Source of the DNA: Mustelus asterias
Taxonomy: Eukaryota
Length of the DNA stretch: 64,000 nt
NCBI RefSeq assembly: GCF_964213995.1
Contig: NC_135826.1
Span: 36,704,001 to 36,768,000 of the forward strand
Direction: 5' to 3'
The position numbers and the translations under genes are program-made. How positions within the stretch are numbered: the first letter of the stretch is position 1; the number at the start of each line of letters is the position of its first letter. The notes under the pieces are model-generated. The model saw only the letters and a program-made list of their open reading frames with translations, made no database searches and had not been told where the DNA came from. Below, piece after piece: positions 26,680 through 36,524 of the stretch.

Positions 26680-28515
26680 TAGAAATATAGAAGATAGGAG
26701 CAGGAGGAGGCCATTTGGCCCTTCGAGCCTGCTCCACCATTCACTACGATCATGGCTGATCATCTAACTCATTAGCCTAATCCCGCTTTTTCCCCCATGA
26801 CCGTTGATTCCATTCGGCCCAAGTGCTATATCCAGCCGTCTCGAACAAATTAAATGTTTTGGCATCAACTACTTCTTGTGGTAATGAAGTCCACAGGCTC
26901 ACCACTCTGGGTGAAGAAATGTCTCCTCACCTCCGTCCTAAATGGTCTACTTTGAATCCTCAGACTGTGACCCCTGGTTCTGGACTCCCCCACCATTGGG
27001 AACATCCTCCCTGCATCAACCCTGTCTAGTCCTGTTAGAATTTTATAGGTCTCTATGAGATCCCCCCTCATTCATCTGAACTCCAGCCAAAACAATCCTA
27101 ACCTAGTCATTCTCTCCTCATACGTCAGCTCCGCCAATCCCAGAATCAGCCTGGTAAACCTTTGCTGCACTCCCTTGAGAGCAAGAACATTCTTCCTCAG
27201 AAAAGGAGACCAAAACCGCACACAATACTCTAGGTGTGGCCTCACCAGCCCTGTATAATTGCAACAACACATCCCTGCTCCTGTACTCAAAACCTCTGGC
27301 AATGAAGGCCAACATACCATTTGCCTTCTTTACCATCTGCTGCACCTGCATGCTTACCTTCAGTGACTGGTGCACGAGGACACCCAGGTCCCGCTGCACA
27401 CTCCCCTCTCCCAATTTACGCCATTCAGGTAGTAATCTGCCTTTTTGTTTTTGCTGCCAAAGTGAATAACCTCACACTTATCCAAATTATACTGCATCTG
27501 CCATTGATTAGCCCACTCACTCAACCTGTCCAGATCATTCTGAAGAATCTCTGCATTCTCGTCACAGTTCACCCTCCCACCCAACTTGGTATCATCTGCA
27601 AACTTTGAGATGTTACATTTTGTTCCCTCATCCAAATCATTAATATATATTGTGAATAGCTGGGATCCCAGCACCAATCCCTGTGGCACTCCACTAGTTA
27701 CTGCCTGCCAATTTGAAAAGCACCCATTAATTCCTACTCTTTGTTTCCTTTCTGCCAACCAATTTTCTATCCATCTCAATACACTTCCCCCAAACCCATG
27801 CGCTTTCATCTTACACGACAATCTCTTGTGCGGGACTTTGTCAAACGCTTTCTGAAAGTCCAAATATACCACATCGACTGGTTCCCCCTTGTCAACTTTA
27901 CTAGTTACATCTTCAAAGAATTCCAACAGATTTGTCAAGCACGATTTTAGCTTCATAAATCCATGCTGACTCTGTTTGATCATGCCACTGCTTTCTAAAT
28001 GTTCTGCTATAAAGTCCTTGATAATAGATTCAAGAATTTTCCCCACTACTGATGTTAAGCTTACTGGTCTATAATTCTGTTTTCTCTCTACCTCCCTTTT
28101 TGAATATTGGAGTGACATTTGCTACCCTCCAACGTGCAGGGACTGTTCCAAAGTCAATAGAATCCTGGAAGATGATCACCAATGCATCCACTATTTCTAG
28201 AGCCACTTCCTTAAATACTCTGGGATGTAGATGATCAGGCCATGGGGATTTATCTGCCTTCAATCCCATCAATTTTCTCAGTACCATTTTTCTATTAATA
28301 TTGATCTCCCTCAATTCTTCCCTCTCACTAAATCGTGCATTACCCAACATATCTGGCATTTGATTTGTGTCCTCTTTTGTGAAGACAGAACTAAAGTATG
28401 TATTCAGTTGCTCGGCCATTTCTTTGGCCCCTATTATACATTCCCCCATTTCTGTCTGTAGGGGACCCATATTTGTCTTTACCAACTTCTTTCTTTTCAT
28501 GTATCTATTGAAACT
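26680..28515 (-). mobile_element. CR1 LINE, 5'-truncated ORF2 (reverse transcriptase) plus 3' end
   Basis: ORFs 27360..28118, 28069..28542, 27072..27320, 26865..27071: NYRPVSLTSVVGK, QHGF, YLDFQKAFDKVPH, SGVPQG, KFADDTKL, LVRPHLEYC; frameshifted. Confidence 0.95.
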
Positions 28516-28988
28516 CTTAGGGCCCGATTTTACCATTTTCATTCGAAGTGTTGAATCTTGGCGTAGTACAGATCCGACTTAGAAATCTGCTTTCAGGCGC
28601 CCCCATATGCTCTCAGCCATCTCCAGTCCCATTTGCGCTGTGGGAGGGGTTTAGCGCGGCCGGAACGACTGGAGCATGCGCAGTTAGAAAAAAATTGGAA
28701 AAAGCGCGCCAGCGTCAGATCGCTCCCGAGCCGCAGAAAGTGGCCTGGGAGTGAAAAGCGGGAGCGAGGGTGTATCTCGGGGGGGGGGGGGGGGGGGAGG
28801 CAGGTAAGATGTATCTCCGGGGGTGGGGGCAGATGGATCTCTGGTGGGGGGAGGGGGGGGGGCAGGGTGATGCGCTGCCACTCTGCGGGCGATTGGTGGA
28901 GGGGGGGGGGGCAGGGGTGACGATCGGTCTGGGTAGTGGAGGGGTGGATAAGGGGGGCAGTGATGCGTGTGGATAGTGGGGGGGCATG
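28516..28988. repeat. GC-rich interspersed repeat with poly-G runs abutting the gap
   Basis: Starts GGGCCCGATTTTACC at the CR1 truncation point; long G homopolymers; a similar terminus occurs near 61815. Confidence 0.45.
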
Positions 28989-29188
28989 NNNNNNNNNNNN
29001 NNNNNNNNNNNNNNNNNNNNNNNNNNNNNNNNNNNNNNNNNNNNNNNNNNNNNNNNNNNNNNNNNNNNNNNNNNNNNNNNNNNNNNNNNNNNNNNNNNNN
29101 NNNNNNNNNNNNNNNNNNNNNNNNNNNNNNNNNNNNNNNNNNNNNNNNNNNNNNNNNNNNNNNNNNNNNNNNNNNNNNNNNNNNNNNN
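28989..29188. other. Assembly gap (200 N)
   Basis: Run of N between G/C-run-rich sequence and a CpG island. Confidence 1.
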
Positions 29189-29650
29189 CCACACCGCGGC
29201 CGGACGACTCCAATTGGCGCGAATGGGGGGGCCGATATTGGCGCAGTCTGGCAGCGGTGAACCGGCTGTTAAATTTGTAAATATTTTTCTGTAAAGGAGG
29301 CGGAAAGGCGGCCGCTGCCGGAATGGAGACCGCGGCAAACCGGGCCGGGGGGGGATTCCTGGCTGCCGGAACTCAGGCTGCGGGTCGAGGTTAAAGGTCA
29401 TGGGGTTTGGAGGTCAGAGGTTGCGGGCGCAGTGATGGCGGTGAGTGTGGAGAGGGACTGAAGTTGCGGGCCCGGGAACCCGCGGCCCGGCTTCAGACCT
29501 CGGCCTAGAGCTGGAAAACCCCGGGAATTGTGACTGTAAACCCGGAGCAGCCGGGGAGAGGCCCCGGCCGAACCCCGCCCGGGCTCCAGGCTGAACCCAG
29601 CCCCGCGTTCCCTCACTGCACTTGACTTTTTGGATCTTTCCAGACTCGGA
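29189..29650. promoter_or_regulatory. CpG island / probable bidirectional promoter of LSM7 and SPPL2B
   Basis: High GC and CpG content, CCAAT/ATTGG motifs (about 29210-29245), CCGGAA ETS-like sites; contains the LSM7 start exon. Confidence 0.75.
29435..29440 (+). CDS. LSM7: LSM7 exon 1 coding part (MA)
   Basis: ATGGCG followed by donor gtgagt inside the CpG island. Confidence 0.85.
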
Positions 29651-32600
29651 TTCTGTCCCGAAACCCCAGCCCCGCACCGGGCTCTGCCCCGAAACCCCAG
29701 CCCCGCGCCCGGGCTCTGCCCCGAAACCCCAGCCCCGCACCCGGGCTGTGCCCCGAAACCCCAGCCCCGCGCCCGGGCTCTGCCCCGAAACCCCAGCCCC
29801 GCGCCCGGGCTCTGCCCCGAAACCCCAGCCCCGCGCCCGGGCTCTGCCCCGAAACCCCAGCCCCGCGCCCGGGCTCTGCCCCGAAACCCCAGCCCCCCGC
29901 CCGGGCTCTGCCCCGAAACCCCAGCCCCGCGCCCGGGCTCTGTGTATTTATTCCTTGTTTCAGTTTCATTGGCTTCTAACTGTTTGAGTCAGGTCAGCGG
30001 CCTGATCTAGTTGCACATTCCAAAACTTGGGGATGGGATGGGATGGGATGGGGGGGGGGGGGGCGGTATTCTAATCGGAGGCTCTGGCACCTGTTTCGGA
30101 GAGGATCCAGATTCTGACATTTCCTTTTGTATTTTTAAATTCAGGACAAGGAGAAGAAAAAGAAGGAGAGCATTCTCGACCTCTCCAAGTACATAGACAA
30201 AACAATCCGTGTGAAGTTTCAAGGCGGACGAGAAGGTACAGTTTGGTGATCTCGCCTTTATAGATATAATTTTCAGGTATAATCTTGAAGCTTACAAGGG
30301 ACGACAGCAGCAACTGATAGTGTGATAGTTTGGGGAAGGAGTGGGGAGCTGTTTGGATAAGTATTGGGAATAAGTTCACAAATGTTTGAGGAAAGGAGTC
30401 AGTTTAGTTCCGTTGGCTAGTGACGCAGAGTGACGCCAACATCATGGGTTCAATTTCTGTACCCGGCTGAGGTTATTCATGAAGGCCCCGTCTTCTCAAC
30501 ATTGCCCCTCGCCTGAGATGTGATCTTCAGGTTAAATCACCACCAGTCACTGCCTGTGGTCATCTGAGACTATGGCGACTTTATTCCCATCCTTTTCCAA
30601 TTTTACCAGCCACCCTCCCTATGCCAACTCCATTGACCTCTATTTTTTTAGGACGGAGGTGAGGAGACATTTCTTCACCCAAAGGGAGGTGAGTCTCTGG
30701 AATTCATTACCACAGGAAGTTGTTGATGTCAAAACATTGAATGCATTCAGGAGGTGGCTGGATATAGCCCTTGGGGCGAATGGGATCAAAGGTTATGGGG
30801 AAAAAGCAGGATTAGGTATTGAGTTGGATGATCAGCCATGATCATAATGAATGACGGAGCAGGCTCGAAGAGCCTGGTGAAGTCAAGTGATACTTTTTCT
30901 ACCTTGTTCGTTTTAGAAGTAACTTGTTTAAATAATTTTTTTTTAACCTTCAACTGCACAGAATAACTATCATGATGTTTTAGATTGGTAATGAAAGTCT
31001 GGGTTTAGAAAATGCAAAATGGACTAAAATAGAAACTTCAACAATTAATTACCTTTTCAACTGGAATAAAACAAGCTGTAAAGTGATGCAGATACAACTC
31101 TCCATAGTGAAGTACAGGGTGGCACAGTGGTTAGCACTGCTGCCCCACAGCGCCAGGGACCGGGTTCAATTCCAGCCTTGGGTCACTGTCTGTTTGGAGT
31201 CTGCACATTCTCCCCGTGTCTGCATGGTTTTTCTCCGGGTGCTCTGGTTTCTTCCCACAGTCCAAAGATGTGCGGGTTAGGTTGATTGGCTATGCTAAAT
31301 TGACCCTAGTGTCAGGGGATTAGTAAGGTAAATATATGGGGTTGTGGGAGTAGGGCCTGGGTGGGATTGTGATCGGTGCAGACTCGATGGGCCAAATGGT
31401 CTTCTCCTGCACTGTAGGGGTTCTATGATTATGTAGCACTGTTCTGTTAGAGGTTAAAATCACCTTACCTGGAAATTGAAGCCTTGCTGTTTCAGTACTG
31501 GCCTTCATTGATTGTTACTGAAGTTAACACTGCCAGGGTGGCAGGAGGAAAGGACAATAGTGATGAGTAGTGTGCTGTATGTTTGGTTGAATTGTATAAT
31601 ATCTGTTGGAGTTCATTTGAAGTTTGTTTAACTTGCTTTCTTTTCACTTGACAGCAAGTGGGATATTAAAAGGATTTGACCCACTCCTCAATCTTGTATT
31701 GGATGGAACAATAGAGTATGTGAGAGGTAACCACAACAATGTTTCTGGTTTTTATCATTCATTTTGTGGAAAGTCTTCAACATAAAATCACTAAAAGTGA
31801 GATTGATTTTGCTCCTGTGTTTCTGTAAAGCGGTATCCACTTCCTGAATAATAACATTGATCCTAGCCAAACTCTGAAGTGGGGTCCTGAGACCCTTTTG
31901 GGGTATGCCATCTCATCACTTAAGCTTGGCATTTCTGATGAGTTTCAACTTTATTAGCCAGGAGTAGTCTGTCTGTGGCAATAGGATAAGAATTGGGGAA
32001 AGCTCAACTGGCTGGAGTTATGCCTACCACAGAGGAAGGTAGCTGTTGGAAGCCATTCTTAGTCTCGGAACATCACTGCAGGAGTTCCTCGGGTGCAGTG
32101 TCCTAGGTCTGACCATCTCCCATTGCAATCATCAGTAAACATCCCTACATCTGATGTTATGAAGCAAAGTGTCTATTCCTTGGGAATGTTACCACCAAGT
32201 TCCCTTTAACGTCCCACACCATCCTGGCTGGAAATGTATCGCCATTACTTCATTGTTACTGGGTCAAAATCTTGGAACTTCCTCCTTAACAGCATTGTGG
32301 ATGTATCTCCCAACATGTACTGCAGTGGTTCAAGAAGGCTACTCGCCATCAACTTCTCTAGAACAGTTCAGGATGGGCCGTAACTGCTGACTTTGCTACT
32401 GATGCTCACATCCCATGAATGAATTTTTAAAGAACCGTGCAAAGTGCATTGCTATCCAAGAGTCAAATTTGAAACCTGGTGCCATACAGATACTCGTCTG
32501 CAGTAAGGAATCATAGCCTGGATACTGCCATATGAAAACATCCCATCTGAAATGGATTTGCTTTGTGTCCATCATCTTCCATAGATGGAAGGCTGCTGGA

Positions 32601-33803
32601 ACTGGCATTAATGCATCAGGCAGTGCCCTTCCTGGCAGAGCAGAGAGGACTTCACTGCCAATTTCTCAGTCAAATCTTTACTCTGATTTGTCTGTCAAGA
32701 GCACCAGGCAATGTTTGTATTGTGGTGGGTGGGTTGGAACCAGCGTGTCCATCCAGTTGAGTGGAAATTTCCTCCAATTATATATCGAAAAAACCAAGCC
32801 TTTTGTTTTTGGTCCCCACTCCAAACTGTTTTCTAGCCACCTGTTCCATCCCTCTCCCAGCAACTGGCTGAGACTGAACTAGACTGTTTGCACCTTTATT
32901 ATATTTGACCCCGAGGTGAGCTTCCAATCACACATTTGTGCCATCACTAAGACCTCCTCTTTCGAACTCGAGCATCTCAACTGTGTCCTTGTCTCAGCTC
33001 ATCAGCAGCTGAAACCCTCATCCATGTCAATTCTAGAGGTTACAAAGACTATTGCAGCATTCTCGGCTGGCCTCCCCAATTATATTGTCCATAAACTTGA
33101 AGTAATCTAAAGTTCTACTACTCATGTCTTTACTCGTAACAAGTCCATTCACCCATCATCCTTGTGCTTGCTGACCAAATTTGGCTTTGCTTGATGTCTC
33201 AATTCTAAAATTCTCACTGTCACTTTCCAATCCCTCCATGGCCGCGACTCTCCCTATCTCTGTTATTCCTTTCGCCCGTAATCCTCAGAGATTTGGCCAC
33301 TTGAGCAGCCATGATTTTTACTGTACCACCATTGGTGACCAGACCATGCCTGCAGCTGCCAAAGCACCGCAAGGCCCTCTCTGAACATCTCTGCTTTCCT
33401 ACCTTTCACTTCTTCCTTTAAGACCAACTTCTTTGGTCATCTGTTCAAATATTTCCTTAAGTGATTTTCTGTCAGTTTTTCCTGTGCAGCACCTTGGGAT
33501 ATCATTTTATTATGTTAAAGGTTCCAAATCAATAGTTTGTTCCTCTTCTTCAAGTGAATATAATTAAATTTCCCATAATCAATTTAGTATGTTCCACATA
33601 GTGTTTTGTATTATGGAGCTAATAATTATTTTGTGCAAACTTGACATTGATACATTTCAGATCCAGACGACCAATACAAATTAACTGAAGACACACGGCA
33701 GCTTGGCTTGGTTGTATGCAGAGGGACCTCGGTTGTTCTCATTTGCCCACAGGATGGGATGGAGGCCATTCCAAACCCTTTCATCCAACAGCAAGATGGA
33801 TAA
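29435..33803 (+). CDS. LSM7: U6 snRNA-associated Sm-like protein LSm7, complete, 103 aa; join 29435-29440, 30145-30235, 31655-31726, 33661-33803
   Basis: Spliced translation MADKEKKKKESILDLSKYIDKTIRVKFQGGREASGILKGFDPLLNLVLDGTIEYVRDPDDQYKLTEDTRQLGLVVCRGTSVVLICPQDGMEAIPNPFIQQQDG*, near-identical to vertebrate LSM7; all introns GT-AG. Confidence 0.97.
29657..29941. repeat. GC-rich minisatellite, 32-bp unit CCCCGAAACCCCAGCCCCGCGCCCGGGCTCTG, about 9 copies, LSM7 intron 1
   Basis: Read directly; explains the repetitive ORFs at 29613-30010. Confidence 0.95.
30145..30235 (+). CDS. LSM7: LSM7 exon 2 (DKEKKKKESILDLSKYIDKTIRVKFQGGRE)
   Basis: Acceptor ttcag, donor gtacag. Confidence 0.97.
30394..30590 (+). 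mobile_element. Another tRNA-derived SINE (related copy about 6060-6250)
   Basis: GCCAACA.CATGGGTTCAATT.C...GGCTGAGGT shared between both sites. Confidence 0.55.
30648..30870 (+). mobile_element. CR1 LINE 3' fragment in LSM7 intron 2
   Basis: FRTEVRRHFFTQREVSLWNSLPQEVV. Confidence 0.8.
31116..31430 (+). mobile_element. HE1-type V-SINE
   Basis: Full head, V-domain and tail. Confidence 0.88.
31655..31726 (+). CDS. LSM7: LSM7 exon 3 (ASGILKGFDPLLNLVLDGTIEYVR)
   Basis: Sm1 motif GxLxGFDxxxNLVL; acceptor gacag, donor gtaacc. Confidence 0.97.
32600..33520 (+). mobile_element. L2 LINE 3' fragment in LSM7 intron 3 (related pieces about 43760-44050, 47820-48190, 58480-58740, 62110-62470, 63290-63560)
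   Basis: L2-type ORF2 remnants (AETLIH, AGLP..IVHKL; [12 protein letters not shown] at about 48150). Confidence 0.65.
33661..33803 (+). CDS. LSM7: LSM7 exon 4 coding part (DPDDQYKLTEDTRQLGLVVCRGTSVVLICPQDGMEAIPNPFIQQQDG*)
   Basis: Sm2 motif VVCRG; acceptor tttcag; TAA at 33801-33803. Confidence 0.97.
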
Positions 33804-34540
33804 CTTGGAAGTGTCTCATCACTGTATCTCAGGATTCCAATTTAGTTGGTTTTATCCATTTGCCGCTGTGTTATGATGGGGACTTGTAATATCACCAGCA
33901 CTGGGGGTTGTTTCTAAATGTAGCACTAGAGTGTGGCAAGCAAGAACTTGCACTTGTTTCTTTATCTTGTGTATGAACTTGTTGCCAGCTATCCGCCAGT
34001 TGCATATTGCATCACTGGCTGGACTTCCCAGGAGTGTTGGCTGGCTGAGGCACATTTAGACATGGCAGCAGTCTGTGTAACACAATGGAACAGCATTTTA
34101 GGAATGAAGCTGTCTCTAAGCCGGTGAGTATGCTGAGCTCTCCTTTAGTATTTGAATCATAGTACATTGGAAACAGTCATGTAATTCAAGCTCCAGCTGA
34201 ATTTCCCCAGCAATAATCACTAGTGGAAGTTATTTTTGTTTAAAAAAAACCAGCTGATTTAGAAACCTGCAATTTTATACTCTGTTTATTTAAAATTATG
34301 TTAAATTGAACATGTTTCTGGAGTCGCCTTTTATTTTCTCAGGCAACTTTTACCCAAATGCTTTTTTTAAAATGAAGTACCAGTGTTGAACAGTTATTCT
34401 GTATGGTTGTGAATAACATTTAATAACTTACTTTGGGAACTTGCATAGAAACGTGTTTAATGTAAGTCTCTTCAGAGATTAGATTTGTTTCCTTGTTTAC
34501 TTTTTGAGGCTGGATGTGAGTGAATGACATTTGTTTTCCT

Positions 34541-34551
34541 TGTACAATAAA
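34541..34551 (+). terminator. Probable LSM7 polyadenylation signal (TGTA + AATAAA)
   Basis: AATAAA at 34546-34551, about 740 nt after the stop, preceded by TGTA and followed by T/GT-rich sequence. Confidence 0.6.
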
Positions 34552-34949
34552 CTCTTGCTTTTCCAGTAATTAGTACTGGGTCTGCTTTATTTCGCTTCAG
34601 TGATGAGGAAGTATAACTGCACTGCTAAAATCAAATGAGATTTGCAAAGTGCCTCTTGCACAGATTATGAGTAATCTTCTAGCCCGTCCAGTATTTCTGG
34701 GTCCTTTTTAGAAAGTGGGATGTAACCAATTATTCACACAGACATTTAAAATGTGAACTAAATTAGAAACTCTTGAAAGCAAAAAATAAAAATTACTGGA
34801 CAAAAATCAGTGAGCAGCTGAGGACATAAGATTGTTTCAGTTATGGGTCCATGTTAGTACTCAGTAACACTGAATTCTAGGGACCTTTTCAACTAACTCT
34901 CAAATATTGTGTTTTCATTTCACTTATTTAAAGACTGTACCCTAGTTTG

Positions 34950-35200
34950 GCCAGGAAGCGAGTTCCTCCCTGAAGAGCGTGCGGTGTCCATGGGCATCAT
35001 CGAGGCCTTCGATGCCCAGCAGGGACTGGGGTTCATTATCAACCCTTTCTTTTAAATTCATTTGTGGGACATGGGTGTTATTGGCTGGCCAGCATTTATT
35101 GCCCATCCCTAGTTGTATTTGATATTTTAAGTTTCATTTGTGATTTGTTTTGGGGGTTTCCCTTTAACTGCCCCATAGTTTATTTAATTTAGTTTTGCAC
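34950..35200 (+). mobile_element. Possible L1/Tx1-type LINE 3' end
   Basis: CpG-containing remnant resembling ..ERAVSMGIIEAF..QQGL.FII followed by a T-rich 3'UTR. Confidence 0.4.
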
Positions 35201-36524
35201 AAAAGAGTGGGAAAGGAGTTCCAGGACTTGGACCTCGTGACAACGAAGGAACACCAAAATAGTTACACAACAGGATGGTGTATGGCTCGAAGGGGGAAAT
35301 ATACAGGTGGTGGCGTCCCCATGCATCTGCCATGTCCTTCCAGTTGTTAAAGGTTGTGGATTTGGAAGGTGCTGTCAAAGGAAACTTGTGAGTTTTTTGC
35401 CATGTATATAATGTACACTGCTGCCACTGCATTGCTGGTGGAGGGAGTGAATGTGTTGATGGATGGGGTGCTAAATCAAGCAAGCTGCTCTGTCCTGGAT
35501 GATGTCGAGCTTCTTGAGTTGGTGATTCACTCATCTGGACAAGTGGAGAGTTTTCCATCACACCTGACTTGTTGATGGTGAAGACAGAGGGAAGACTGAC
35601 AGGTTCAAATAGTTGTTGGGAGAACTTGAATATTGCTGATTTTTGTCAAAGCTTTTTATCTTGCACACGTCAGGACAATTCACAAGATAGCTTTTCCTTT
35701 TTTTGTACTTTGTGTTTTTTTATAAAAATGAGATACTAAGTAGGAGTTTGTCACTTCAATTGATTTACCACAACTGTGGTGATTAGTGAACGCACTGACA
35801 ACTGTCTAGTGGACAATACAGGGCCTAAGCTCTAAACTGACATTCCCTCCCTGCACCTCTCCACCCTATTTTCCATCTTTAAGGCACTCCTTTAAAGGAA
35901 CTCTTTGACCAAGATTTTGGTCATCTAGTATCCTTATGTGGCTTGGTGTTCCATGTTTCATAATGTTCCTGTGAAATCCCTTTGGTCATTACAGCACTGC
36001 ATAAATATAAATAGTTGGTGGACTCATTTTTGTTCCATAAAAGGACATTGAAAGAAGACTGTAATAAAGGTTTTTGAATATTGAAACTGCCCAAGCTGAA
36101 CCATTTCAGGTATCTAAGGTAGCTTTCCAAACTCATTCAGCTGCTGTCAGTGATGCTCTCCTCCAAGACCATCAATTAGTGTCTTCCTATCCCAATTTCA
36201 GAGCTTGATGCTATTCCGAGATAATGTGGAACGATGCAGACGTTGAGTGTAAAGTTCCTGCTGCTTAGATTGTCCTAGGTACTCTACAGTATAAACGCAT
36301 TGATTACTGTTTCCCTTACGACCAGTTACACCTCAAATTGAATAGGTGTGTTGAGGAAATTCAAACAGCAGTAATGCAGTATGGTGAATTGTGACTGCTT
36401 AGAATTCTTTAGACAGCTGTAGTATATACCCAGGAAAATAACACCAAATTGCTTTACAAACACTTATCCAGTGTTACAGATCTTTATATAAACTGATCCA
36501 AATACTTTATGTTCTGACTTTTCA

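Noticed and set aside
27360-28542. CR1 reverse transcriptase ORFs as a functional gene
   Set aside because: 5'-truncated, frameshifted and lacking the endonuclease; an ordinary dead LINE copy.
28593-29401. Long ORFs spanning the N run
   Set aside because: Open only because N codons are not stops; the flanks are low-complexity G/C runs.
29414-30010. Pro/Gly/Arg-rich ORFs of 108-126 aa
   Set aside because: They are translations of the 32-bp minisatellite in LSM7 intron 1.
34598-34700. GTGATGA box C-like motif after LSM7 as a C/D snoRNA
   Set aside because: No box D (CTGA) with a terminal stem at a suitable distance, and it is not intronic.
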